NCBI GenBank assembly: GCA_041912015.1
Contig: JAYRNU010000011.1
Location: 8,144 to 72,143, forward strand
Length of the DNA: 64,000 nt
DNA from: Thiobacillus sp.
GTDB taxonomy: Bacteria; Pseudomonadota; Gammaproteobacteria; Burkholderiales; Thiobacillaceae
Direction of reading: 5' to 3'
How positions within the stretch are numbered: the first letter of the stretch is position 1; each line of letters starts with the position of its first letter. Positions 55,807 through 64,000 of this stretch are shown piece by piece. A model generated the notes under the pieces. The model saw only the letters and a program-made list of their open reading frames with translations. It was not told the origin of the DNA and ran no database searches. Position numbers and translations under genes: made by a program.

Positions 55807-58107
55807 TTGTCAACGAAGAAAGGCCGCGGACGCGGCAGCAAGCACGAAATCCCCGCCATCCGGCTGGCCGACCCCTACTATGCGCGGGAAGTCGAACGCT
55901 ACGCCTCGCCGCTGCCGAGCCGCGAATACATCCTGCAACTGCTGAACGAAGCCGGCTGTCCGGTAGACATCGAGTCCTTCGCCCAGCACCTGCACATCAC
56001 CGAAGCCGAATACGAGCTCTTCCAGCGTCGGCTCGGCGCGATGCAGCGCGATGGCCAGTTGATGCTCAACCGCAAGCGCCAGCTCTGCCTGCCGGACAAG
56101 CTCGACCTCATCAAGGGCCGGGTCGAGGGGCACCCGGACGGCTTCGGATTCGTCGTGCCGGAAGAGGGCGGCGATGACCTGTACCTTTCACCCAAGGAAA
56201 TGCACCGCGTGCTGCACGGCGACAAGGTGCTGGTGCGTGTCGCCGGCTTCGACCGGCGCGGCCGCCGCGAGGCCAAGATCGTCGAGGTGCTGGAGCACGT
56301 CAACAAGTTCGTCGTCGGCCGCTACTACCTCGAGGGCGGCGTCGGCTTCCTGATTGCCGAGAACCGCCGCATCAACCAGGACATTCTCGTCCCCGCCGAG
56401 AATGCGGGCGCCGCGAAATCCGGCCAGGTGGTCACGGTCGAGATTGTCACCCAGCCCGGTGCGCACAACGAGGCGGTCGGTCGCGTCAGCGAGATTCTCG
56501 GCAGCTTCACCGGCCCCGGCATGGAAATCGAGATCGCGCTGCGCAAGCACGACCTGCCCTACGTGTTCCCGCCCGACGTCGAGGCGCAGGCGGAGAAGCT
56601 GCCGAACAAGGTGCTGAAGAAGGACATGGCCGGGCGCGAGGACATCCGCCATCTGCCGCTCGTCACCATCGACGGCGAAACCGCGCGCGACTTCGACGAC
56701 GCCGTGTACTGCGAGCCGCTCGGCCGCAGCGGCTACCGCCTGGTGGTGGCGATCGCCGACGTCAGCCATTACGTGCAGCCCAGGGATGCGCTCGACACAG
56801 AGGGCTACAACCGCGGCAACTCGGTGTATTTTCCGCGCCGCGTCATCCCGATGCTGCCCGAAGCGCTCTCCAACGGACTTTGTTCGCTCAATCCCGAGGT
56901 CGACCGTCTGTCCATGGTGTGCGATATGCGCATCACCACCGCAGGCAGCATCAAGGAATACCGTTTCTACCCCGCGGTCATCTTTTCGCATGCGCGCCTC
57001 ACCTACAACCAGGTCTGGGACTGGCTCTCGGGCGCGGCCAAGCCGGACAAGAAACAGTCCGCGCTGATGCCGCACCTGGAAGCGCTCGACAAGCTGTTCC
57101 GCACCCTGCTGAAGGCGCGCGCCAAGCGCGGCGCGATCGACTTCGGCTCGACCGAGACGCAGATCATTTTCGATGACAACGGCAAGATCAAGGAGATCGT
57201 GCCGGTGATCCGCAACGACGCCCATCGCATCATCGAGGAATGCATGCTGGCGGCCAACGTCTGCGCGTCGGATTACCTGCACGAGAACAAGCAGCCCGCG
57301 CTGTTCCGCGTGCACGAAGGCCCCACTGCGGAAAAGCTCGCTGCGCTACGTGGCTTCCTCGCGGAATTCGGCCTCGACCTCGGCGGCGGCGACAAGCCGC
57401 ACGCCAAGGATTACGCCGCGCTGCTCGACAAGATCAAGGACCGTCCCGACCACGGCCTGCTGCAGACCGTGATGCTGCGATCGCTGCGGCAGGCGATCTA
57501 CAGCCCGGACAACAAGGGCCACTTCGGCCTGGCCTACGAGGCCTACACCCATTTCACCTCGCCGATCCGCCGCTATCCGGACCTGCTGGTGCACCGCGGC
57601 ATCAAGGCCGTGCTCAGGGGCGAAAAGCTGCCAGCCAAGGGACTGGCCGAAATCGGCACCCACTGTTCGATGACCGAGCGCCGTGCCGACGATGCCACAC
57701 GTGATGTCGATGCCTGGCTCAAGACCTATTTCATGCAGGACCACATCGGCAACGAATACAACGGCACCGTGAGCGCGGTCACCAGTTTCGGCATGTTCGT
57801 CGCGATCGACGACATCTTCATCGAGGGCCTGGTCCATGTCTCCGAACTCGGCCAGGACTACTTCCACTATGACCAGGCCAAGCACATGATGCTCGGCGAG
57901 CGGACCGGAAAAAGCTATCGCCTGGGCGACCGGGTGCGCATCAAGGTGATGCGCGCCGATATCGAGACCAGCAAGATCGATTTCAGCCTGGTCGAGCAGG
58001 AAAACCCTGCCCTCGACATGCAACGCGCCTTCGCGAAGTCGGCGGCCGAAAGGAAATCCGGCAAGCCGAAATCCGCCAAGTCCAGGGCGGGCAGCAAGAA
58101 AGCATGA
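55807..58107 (+). CDS. rnr: Ribonuclease R
   Basis: GHPDGFGF, TIDGETARDFDDA, HFTSPIRRYPDL, S1 domain, Lys-rich tail. Confidence 0.98.
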   Translation: MSTKKGRGRGSKHEIPAIRLADPYYAREVERYASPLPSREYILQLLNEAGCPVDIESFAQHLHITEAEYELFQRRLGAMQRDGQLMLNRKRQLCLPDKLDLIKGRVEGHPDGFGFVVPEEGGDDLYLSPKEMHRVLHGDKVLVRVAGFDRRGRREAKIVEVLEHVNKFVVGRYYLEGGVGFLIAENRRINQDILVPAENAGAAKSGQVVTVEIVTQPGAHNEAVGRVSEILGSFTGPGMEIEIALRKHDLPYVFPPDVEAQAEKLPNKVLKKDMAGREDIRHLPLVTIDGETARDFDDAVYCEPLGRSGYRLVVAIADVSHYVQPRDALDTEGYNRGNSVYFPRRVIPMLPEALSNGLCSLNPEVDRLSMVCDMRITTAGSIKEYRFYPAVIFSHARLTYNQVWDWLSGAAKPDKKQSALMPHLEALDKLFRTLLKARAKRGAIDFGSTETQIIFDDNGKIKEIVPVIRNDAHRIIEECMLAANVCASDYLHENKQPALFRVHEGPTAEKLAALRGFLAEFGLDLGGGDKPHAKDYAALLDKIKDRPDHGLLQTVMLRSLRQAIYSPDNKGHFGLAYEAYTHFTSPIRRYPDLLVHRGIKAVLRGEKLPAKGLAEIGTHCSMTERRADDATRDVDAWLKTYFMQDHIGNEYNGTVSAVTSFGMFVAIDDIFIEGLVHVSELGQDYFHYDQAKHMMLGERTGKSYRLGDRVRIKVMRADIETSKIDFSLVEQENPALDMQRAFAKSAAERKSGKPKSAKSRAGSKKA

Positions 58108-58856
58108 GCGAGAAGCCGGCCGAGAAGCTGATCTACGGTTTTCACGCCGTGCTGGCGCGGTTGCGCCACGATCCCCAGGGCGTGCTGGATATCTACCTCG
58201 ACCTGACCCGACGCGACGCGCGCGCACGTGATCTCGTCAACCAGGCCAGGGACAGCGGGGTCAAACTCGCGCAGGTCGAAGCCGACCGGCTGGCGCGGCT
58301 GGTCGGCAAGTCGGCCAAGCACCAGGGCGTGGTGGCTCGCGTCAGGCCGGTTGCGCTGACCCATTCGCTCGACGACGTGCTGGAGCATATCGAAGGCCCG
58401 CCGTTGCTGGTCATCCTCGACGGCGTCACCGACCCGCACAATCTGGGTGCGATCCTGCGCTCGGCCGATGCCTTCGGCGTGCACGCCGTCATCGCACCCA
58501 AGGACAACGCCGTCGGCATCAATGCGACGGTGGAAAAGGTCGCCTCGGGCGCCGCCGAAACCGTGCCCTACATCATGGTCACCAATCTCGCGCGCACGAT
58601 CGAAGATTTGAAGGAACACAACGTCTGGGTCATCGCCGCCGACATGGATGGCGAACAGCCGCTGTCCGCAATCGACGCGCGACCCGGCATCGCCTGGGTG
58701 CTCGGCGCCGAGGGTAGCGGCATCCGGCGTCTGGTCAAGCAGCGCTGCGACCAGGTCGCGCGCATCCCCATCGGCGGCACGGTCGAGAGTCTCAACGTCT
58801 CGGTATCGGCTGCGCTGTGCCTGTACGAGACGGTGCGGCAGCGCGGCGCGCAATGA
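58104..58856 (+). CDS. rlmB: 23S rRNA Gm2251 methyltransferase RlmB
   Basis: YGFHAV, HQGV, DPHNLGA, GAEG, SLNVS; follows rnr. Confidence 0.95.
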   Translation: MSEKPAEKLIYGFHAVLARLRHDPQGVLDIYLDLTRRDARARDLVNQARDSGVKLAQVEADRLARLVGKSAKHQGVVARVRPVALTHSLDDVLEHIEGPPLLVILDGVTDPHNLGAILRSADAFGVHAVIAPKDNAVGINATVEKVASGAAETVPYIMVTNLARTIEDLKEHNVWVIAADMDGEQPLSAIDARPGIAWVLGAEGSGIRRLVKQRCDQVARIPIGGTVESLNVSVSAALCLYETVRQRGAQ

Positions 58857-59065
58857 ATACCTCGATGCTGTGGTGGAGCCTGCTGTTCAGTTCGGTCGGA
58901 CTCGGTTTCTTCGTCTACGGCAAGCGGCAGCGGTCTGCCGTCCCGCTGATCTGCGGCCTGGGGCTCATGGTTTACCCGTATTTCGTTTCCAGCACGTTGC
59001 TGCTCGTCTTGATCGGCGCGGTGCTGATCGCGTTGCCCTTCGTCCTCAGGATCTGGCTGGCCTGA
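58853..59065 (+). CDS. Small membrane protein
   Basis: 70 aa, hydrophobic, F.YGKRQ and LMVYPYF motifs; overlaps the rlmB stop. Confidence 0.7.
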   Translation: MNTSMLWWSLLFSSVGLGFFVYGKRQRSAVPLICGLGLMVYPYFVSSTLLLVLIGAVLIALPFVLRIWLA

Positions 59066-59225
59066 TTGCATGCAACCTGGCGCTGTTGCCAGGTCAGGGG
59101 CGCTGGCAGGCGGCATGGACGTGCACCGGAAGCAAGGCCCGACAGCATGGGCGATGCGCCAGGCACGGCGTAAAATGCGCATCATCTGCCCGCAAACCTT
59201 GCCGCTCCCCAGCGGCCGCCTCGCC

Positions 59226-59894
59226 ATGCTGATCCGCGTCCCCGCGCTGCTGTTCCTGTCCTGCCTGGTCCTGTCCGGACCGGCCGAATCGGGTGCGCAG
59301 ACGTTCGGACTGGCCGAAGGGACGGCAGCGCAAGCGTCGCTTAGCCAGGCCGAATGGGTGCAGCAGGCGCAGCTGCTCGAAAGAAGCCGGGACTGGGCCG
59401 GCTTGCTGCAATGGGGACAGGCCTGGGCGCAGGCCGACGCAGGCAATCCGCTGGCCTGGTTCGTTCAGGGGCGGGCCCTGCACCAGCTGGGGCGACTGCC
59501 CGAGGCAATCGAGGCGTATCAGCAGAACCTGCGCATCGCACCCGACGACGTGCTGGCGCGCAACAATCTGGGCAACGCCTACCGTGACAGCGGACGGCCG
59601 CGCGATGCGATGCTGGCGTATCGCGCAGCGGTCGAGACCGACCCCGACTACATTCAGGCCTGGCAGAACCTGGGGCTGACGTTCTACCTGACCAAGGGGG
59701 AAGCCGGGGTGATCCAGGCGCTGCAAAAGCTGCAGGCCACCGACCCGGCGCTCGCCGATGTCTGGCGCAAGCTGGCCGTCGACTATTCGATCACGCGCGA
59801 CAAGCGGGTAGCGCGCGATGCGGTGCGGGTGCTGCGCGGCATGAGCGCGGCGGAACGCGAGCGGATGTTCGGCATCCTGTTCGCAGAAAGCTGA
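59226..59894 (+). CDS. Exported TPR protein
   Basis: Signal-like N-terminus; TPR repeats (AWFVQGRAL, ARNNLGNAY, AWQNLG). Confidence 0.8.
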   Translation: MLIRVPALLFLSCLVLSGPAESGAQTFGLAEGTAAQASLSQAEWVQQAQLLERSRDWAGLLQWGQAWAQADAGNPLAWFVQGRALHQLGRLPEAIEAYQQNLRIAPDDVLARNNLGNAYRDSGRPRDAMLAYRAAVETDPDYIQAWQNLGLTFYLTKGEAGVIQALQKLQATDPALADVWRKLAVDYSITRDKRVARDAVRVLRGMSAAERERMFGILFAES

Positions 59895-59925
59895 ATCGGC
59901 GATCCAGGCTGCGACGCGCGGGCCT

Positions 59926-60885
59926 TCAGCTCGCGGCCGGTTCGAATTCCGCCACCACCTGCCGCAGCCGGCTGGCTTCCAGTTCCGGACGCATCAGACT
60001 GCGCCGCAGGCGGGCATGGTGCTGCAGGTTCGCATAGAAGGCGGGGTCGTCCTCGGCCATCGACATCAGCGCAGCCAGCCGCTTTTCGTCGCCGACCGGA
60101 AAATAGCCCGGATAGTCTTCGCCGAGCATGCCGACATTGCCGGGCACCGCCGAGGCCAGCACCGGCACATCGGCCGCCAGCGCTTCGCAGATCACGTTGG
60201 CGCCGCCTTCCATCTGCGAACTGATGACCATCAGGCGCGCGCGCGACAGCCGCTTCAGCACCGTCCGGTGGGGCACGTCGCCGGCCCAGATCCAGCGCGG
60301 CAGTCTGCCTTGCGCCATCTCGGCGGTGCTTGCCATCTCCTCGCTCAGCGCCTTGCCCAGATGCGTCACCTGGATCCTCGAGCGGGCGGGCAGATGGACC
60401 GTGGCCAGGGCGGCGCGGAAGGGATCCTTTTCCTCACGCAGGTGGCCGATCACCAGCACCTCAAACAGGTTCGGCTTTTCCTTCGTGCGGGCAATGTCGG
60501 GAGCGGACTGGTAGATCACCCGCGTCTTCGAGGCGAGATGCGGCGGCAATTCGTCGATGCCACGATCCTGCAGCACGATGAGCCGATGCGCCCATTCGAG
60601 CGCCTGCCGGGCATCGTCGTCCTGTCGGATGTCGCGATAGAGGTCGGTGCCGGTCAGCGCCAGCAACAGGGGGCGGGTCGGATGGCGCTCGGCGAAGGCT
60701 CGGACCGAGGCGAAGCTGCGCCGCGCATGCAGCGCCAGCATCAGGTCGGTCGCACGGCCATCCCATTTCAGCTGCACCCGGACCGAGTGCCCCGTCTCGC
60801 GCAGAAAGCGTGCCCAGCGGGCAGAGGTATGCCAGTTGCCATTGCGGTGTTTGCGTCCGTAGGGCGTGATGAGCACGATGCGCAT
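59926..60885 (-). CDS. senB: Selenosugar synthase SenB (TIGR04348-type glycosyltransferase)
   Basis: NGNWHTSARWA, ALHARRS, LTGTDLY, GHLREEKDP, SQMEGGANV, GNVGMLG.DYPGYF. Confidence 0.88.
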   Translation of the reverse strand: MRIVLITPYGRKHRNGNWHTSARWARFLRETGHSVRVQLKWDGRATDLMLALHARRSFASVRAFAERHPTRPLLLALTGTDLYRDIRQDDDARQALEWAHRLIVLQDRGIDELPPHLASKTRVIYQSAPDIARTKEKPNLFEVLVIGHLREEKDPFRAALATVHLPARSRIQVTHLGKALSEEMASTAEMAQGRLPRWIWAGDVPHRTVLKRLSRARLMVISSQMEGGANVICEALAADVPVLASAVPGNVGMLGEDYPGYFPVGDEKRLAALMSMAEDDPAFYANLQHHARLRRSLMRPELEASRLRQVVAEFEPAAS

Positions 60886-60929
60886 GGAGCGAGTGTAGCC
60901 CGCATTGATGATTCGGCGATAATCGGCGG

Positions 60930-61730
60930 ATGACCGGAACCGCCTTCACCTCGCGCGACAACGCCCTGTTCAAGCGTCTGAAGAAGCTCGCCGATTCGGC
61001 CCGGGCGCGACGCGAGGCGCGCATGACGCTGCTCGATGGCGAACACCTGCTGGCCGCGTATCTGGACGCGGGGGGGCAGCCCCACACGCTGGTGCGGGCG
61101 GCTTCATTCGATGCCGGACGATTCGAGCATTGGGCGGCCCGTTGTCCAGGCGTCCGCGGCATCACGCTGCCGGACGCGCTGTTTGCCGAGCTCGCACCTG
61201 TCAATACGCCCACCGGCCTGCTGGCCGAGGCGGCCTGGCTCGCGCCGCCAGCGATCGAGAGCGTCCCGCTCGTCATCGTGCTCGAGGAAATTCAGGATCC
61301 GGGCAATCTCGGCGCCATGCTGCGGACCGGCGCGGCGGCAGGCGCGACCCTGGCGGTGCTGTCCAGGGGCTGTCACGACCCCTGGTCGCCCAAGGCCTTG
61401 CGCGGCGGCCAGGGCGCCCAGTTCGTGTTGCCGATGATCACAGGGGCCGATCCGGCTGCGTGGCTGCAGGCCTTCGACGGTCTCAGCATCGCGCTCACGC
61501 TGGCAGACGACAGCGATTTCTATGGCGTCGACCTCAGCGGTCCGCTGGCGCTGGTCGCCGGCAACGAAGGCGCCGGCCTGTCGGATGCAGCGTGCGATGC
61601 AGCCACGCTGCGCGCGCAGATTCCGATGGCGGGTCGGGTCGAGTCGCTCAATGCCGCTGCCGCGCTTGCGGTGGCGGTATTCGAGGCGGCGCGGCAGCGC
61701 CGCGGCGGGCACAAGAAAAAGGCGCCGTGA
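60930..61730 (+). CDS. TrmH/SpoU-family RNA methyltransferase
   Basis: IQDPGNLGA, PKALR, GNEGAG, ESLNAA. Confidence 0.9.
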   Translation: MTGTAFTSRDNALFKRLKKLADSARARREARMTLLDGEHLLAAYLDAGGQPHTLVRAASFDAGRFEHWAARCPGVRGITLPDALFAELAPVNTPTGLLAEAAWLAPPAIESVPLVIVLEEIQDPGNLGAMLRTGAAAGATLAVLSRGCHDPWSPKALRGGQGAQFVLPMITGADPAAWLQAFDGLSIALTLADDSDFYGVDLSGPLALVAGNEGAGLSDAACDAATLRAQIPMAGRVESLNAAAALAVAVFEAARQRRGGHKKKAP

Positions 61731-61813
61731 CGCCCCGCGGTCGCCGGCCAACCGGCCGACGCTGTGGCGAAGTTCTCCACCCGGATGGCCCGGCAATGCG
61801 CCGCAGGGTCATT

Positions 61814-62611
61814 TCATCCGCCGGCAGGCACGTGAAGCGAATGGCGCAGCCGCGCGGCGATTTCCTCCACCGACATGCGCGTCGTGTCGATGACCGGCAG
61901 GCCGTGATGCCGGAACAGCCGCTCGGCGGCCGCCAGTTCGGCGCGGCATTGCGCGAGGCTGGCATAGCGGCTATCGGGATAGCGCGCCTGGCGGATGGCG
62001 GACAGGCGTTCTGCGGACAGCGTCAGGGCACGCAAGCGGGGCAAATGGGACAGCAGGACGTCGGGCAGGGCAGGGTGGTCGAGGTCGTCCGGGGTCAGCG
62101 GATAGTTGGCTGCGCGCAGGCCATACTGCAGGGCGAGGTAGAGCGCGGTCGGCGTCTTGCCCACGCGCGAGACGCCGACCAGGATCAGGTCGGCCTGATC
62201 CAGCTGCTGCGGCTGCAGGCCGTCGTCCAGGGCCAGGCTGAAGTTCACCGCATCCATGCGCGATTCGTAGTTGCTGGCCATGCTGTGGATGCGTCCGCTG
62301 CCGGGCGTGGCCGCCTGTCCCAGCGCGTCTTCCACGGCGGGCGCCACGAGATCGAAGAGATCGAAGCATGGCGCGCCGGATTCGTGTAGCACGGCACGCA
62401 GCGCAGGATCGGTCAGCGTCGAAAACACCAGCGCACCGGCCGAGCCGGCGATCCGTGCCGCAGCAGCCTGCGCCTTCTCCCTGCTGTCGACGAAAGGCAG
62501 TGCAATCAGGCTAAACTCGGAAGCAGGAAACTGCGACAGCACGCTCGTGGCCACTGCCTCGACAGTGACGCCGGTGTGATCGGATACGCAGAATACGATG
62601 CGTGGATTCAT
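61814..62611 (-). CDS. ppsR: PEP synthase regulatory kinase/pyrophosphorylase
   Basis: [34 protein letters not shown]; divergent from ppsA. Confidence 0.93.
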   Translation of the reverse strand: MNPRIVFCVSDHTGVTVEAVATSVLSQFPASEFSLIALPFVDSREKAQAAAARIAGSAGALVFSTLTDPALRAVLHESGAPCFDLFDLVAPAVEDALGQAATPGSGRIHSMASNYESRMDAVNFSLALDDGLQPQQLDQADLILVGVSRVGKTPTALYLALQYGLRAANYPLTPDDLDHPALPDVLLSHLPRLRALTLSAERLSAIRQARYPDSRYASLAQCRAELAAAERLFRHHGLPVIDTTRMSVEEIAARLRHSLHVPAGG

Positions 62612-62621
62612 GGAGAGCAGG

Positions 62622-64000
62622 ATGACGGACCCGACTGACTATATCGTTTCCCTGGACGAACTGTCGATGGCCGACGTGCCGCGCGTGGGCGGCAAGAACG
62701 CCTCGCTCGGGGAGATGATCGGCAAGCTGTCCGGTGCTGGGGTCAAGGTACCGGGCGGGTTTGCCACCACCGCCCAGGCGTTCTGGGATTTTCTCGATCA
62801 CAACGATCTGCGGGCGCGCATCAACACCCGGCTGGCGGCGCTCGATGTGTCGGACGTGACGGCGCTGGCGCAGGCAGGCGCCGAGATTCGGGCCTGGGTC
62901 GAGGCGGCCGACTTGCCGGCAGCGCTGACGTCGGGCTTGTGCGCCGCGTATCGCGCCCTCGGCGACAGGGTATCGGTCGCGGTCCGTTCCTCGGCGACCG
63001 CCGAAGACCTGCCCGACGCCTCGTTTGCCGGACAGCAGGAAACCTATCTGCACGTGCGGGGCGAAGACGATGTGCTGCGGTACGTGAAGAAGGTCTTCGC
63101 CTCGCTCTACAACGACCGCGCCATCGCCTACCGCGTGCACCATGGCTTTGTCCACGCGGCGGTGGCGCTGTCTGCCGGGGTGCAGCGCATGGTGCGTTCG
63201 GACCTCGCCAGCGCCGGGGTGATGTTCACGCTCGATACCGAGTCGGGGTTTCGCGACGCGGTGTTCATCACGTCGGCCTACGGGCTCGGCGAGACCGTGG
63301 TGCAGGGATCGGTGAACCCGGACGAGTTCTACGTGCACAAGCCGATGCTGGCGTTGAATCATCCTGCCGTGGTGCGGCGCGAGATCGGCAGCAAGCTGAC
63401 CCGCATGGTGTGGCGCGACGGCGCGACCGTGATCGAGGACACCCCGCCGGACCTGCGCCGGCGCTTTTCACTGTCCGGTGACGAGGTGCTGGAACTGGCG
63501 CGCCAGGCGGTCACGATCGAACAGCACTATGGCCGCCCGATGGACATCGAGTGGGCCAAGGATGGCGAGACCGGCGAACTGTTCATCGTGCAGGCACGTC
63601 CGGAAACGGTGAAGGCGCGGGGGGGGGGTCTCGGCGAGCGCTTCGTGCTGGAAGCGACCGGCCAGGTGCGCATCAGCGGCCGGGCCATCGGCCAGAAAAT
63701 CGGCGCCGGCGAAGTGCGGGTGATCGCCAGCCCGGCCGAAATGAACCGGGTGCAGCCCGGCGACGTGCTGGTGACCGACATGACCGATCCGGACTGGGAG
63801 CCGGTCATGAAACGTGCCGCGGCGATCGTCACCAACCGCGGCGGGCGCACCTGCCATGCGGCGATCGTGGCGCGCGAACTGGGGATTCCTGCAGTGGTCG
63901 GCACGGGCGACGCCACCTCGGTGCTGCAGGAAGGCGAGGCGGTCACGGTGTCGTGCGCCGAGGGCGATACCGGCAATGTCTACGCAGGCAGGCTGGCGTT
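62622..64000 (+). CDS. ppsA: Phosphoenolpyruvate synthase, 3' end runs off the window
   Basis: Manual translation gives [43 protein letters not shown] and the phospho-His motif [13 protein letters not shown]. Confidence 0.97.
   Translation, partial: MTDPTDYIVSLDELSMADVPRVGGKNASLGEMIGKLSGAGVKVPGGFATTAQAFWDFLDHNDLRARINTRLAALDVSDVTALAQAGAEIRAWVEAADLPAALTSGLCAAYRALGDRVSVAVRSSATAEDLPDASFAGQQETYLHVRGEDDVLRYVKKVFASLYNDRAIAYRVHHGFVHAAVALSAGVQRMVRSDLASAGVMFTLDTESGFRDAVFITSAYGLGETVVQGSVNPDEFYVHKPMLALNHPAVVRREIGSKLTRMVWRDGATVIEDTPPDLRRRFSLSGDEVLELARQAVTIEQHYGRPMDIEWAKDGETGELFIVQARPETVKARGGGLGERFVLEATGQVRISGRAIGQKIGAGEVRVIASPAEMNRVQPGDVLVTDMTDPDWEPVMKRAAAIVTNRGGRTCHAAIVARELGIPAVVGTGDATSVLQEGEAVTVSCAEGDTGNVYAGRLA

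Overview
High-GC chromosomal window from a sulfur-oxidising betaproteobacterium. Gene content and order look Thiobacillus-like; this is inferred and not tested by search. A sulfur-oxidation region (about 7.3-23.6 kb) holds soxXYZAB without soxCD, moaC, a TlpA-type thioredoxin with an uncharacterised partner, soeABC, rhd-tusA-dsrE2, a Cys-bearing FadL-family outer-membrane channel and a periplasmic protein. The rest is mostly housekeeping: alaS, valS-holC-pepA/lptFG, roxA, bcp-slyD-accA-tilS, ndk-rlmN-pilW-rodZ-ispG-hisS-yfgM-bamB-der, hflXKC-hisZ-purA, tRNA-Leu(CAG), rnr-rlmB and ppsR/ppsA. Less-explained parts: an adenylation enzyme + ACP + alpha/beta-hydrolase operon between alaS and soxB; a PopZ-like gene before valS; a block at the usual hfq position (two small unknown proteins, a probable APS:phosphate adenylyltransferase, a GAF-GGDEF-EAL protein); an orphan senB; promoter/operator motifs shared by soeA and rhd; and structured leaders before soxX and the FadL gene. 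I saw no IS elements, prophage or CRISPR arrays. All calls come from motif recognition and synteny read by eye.
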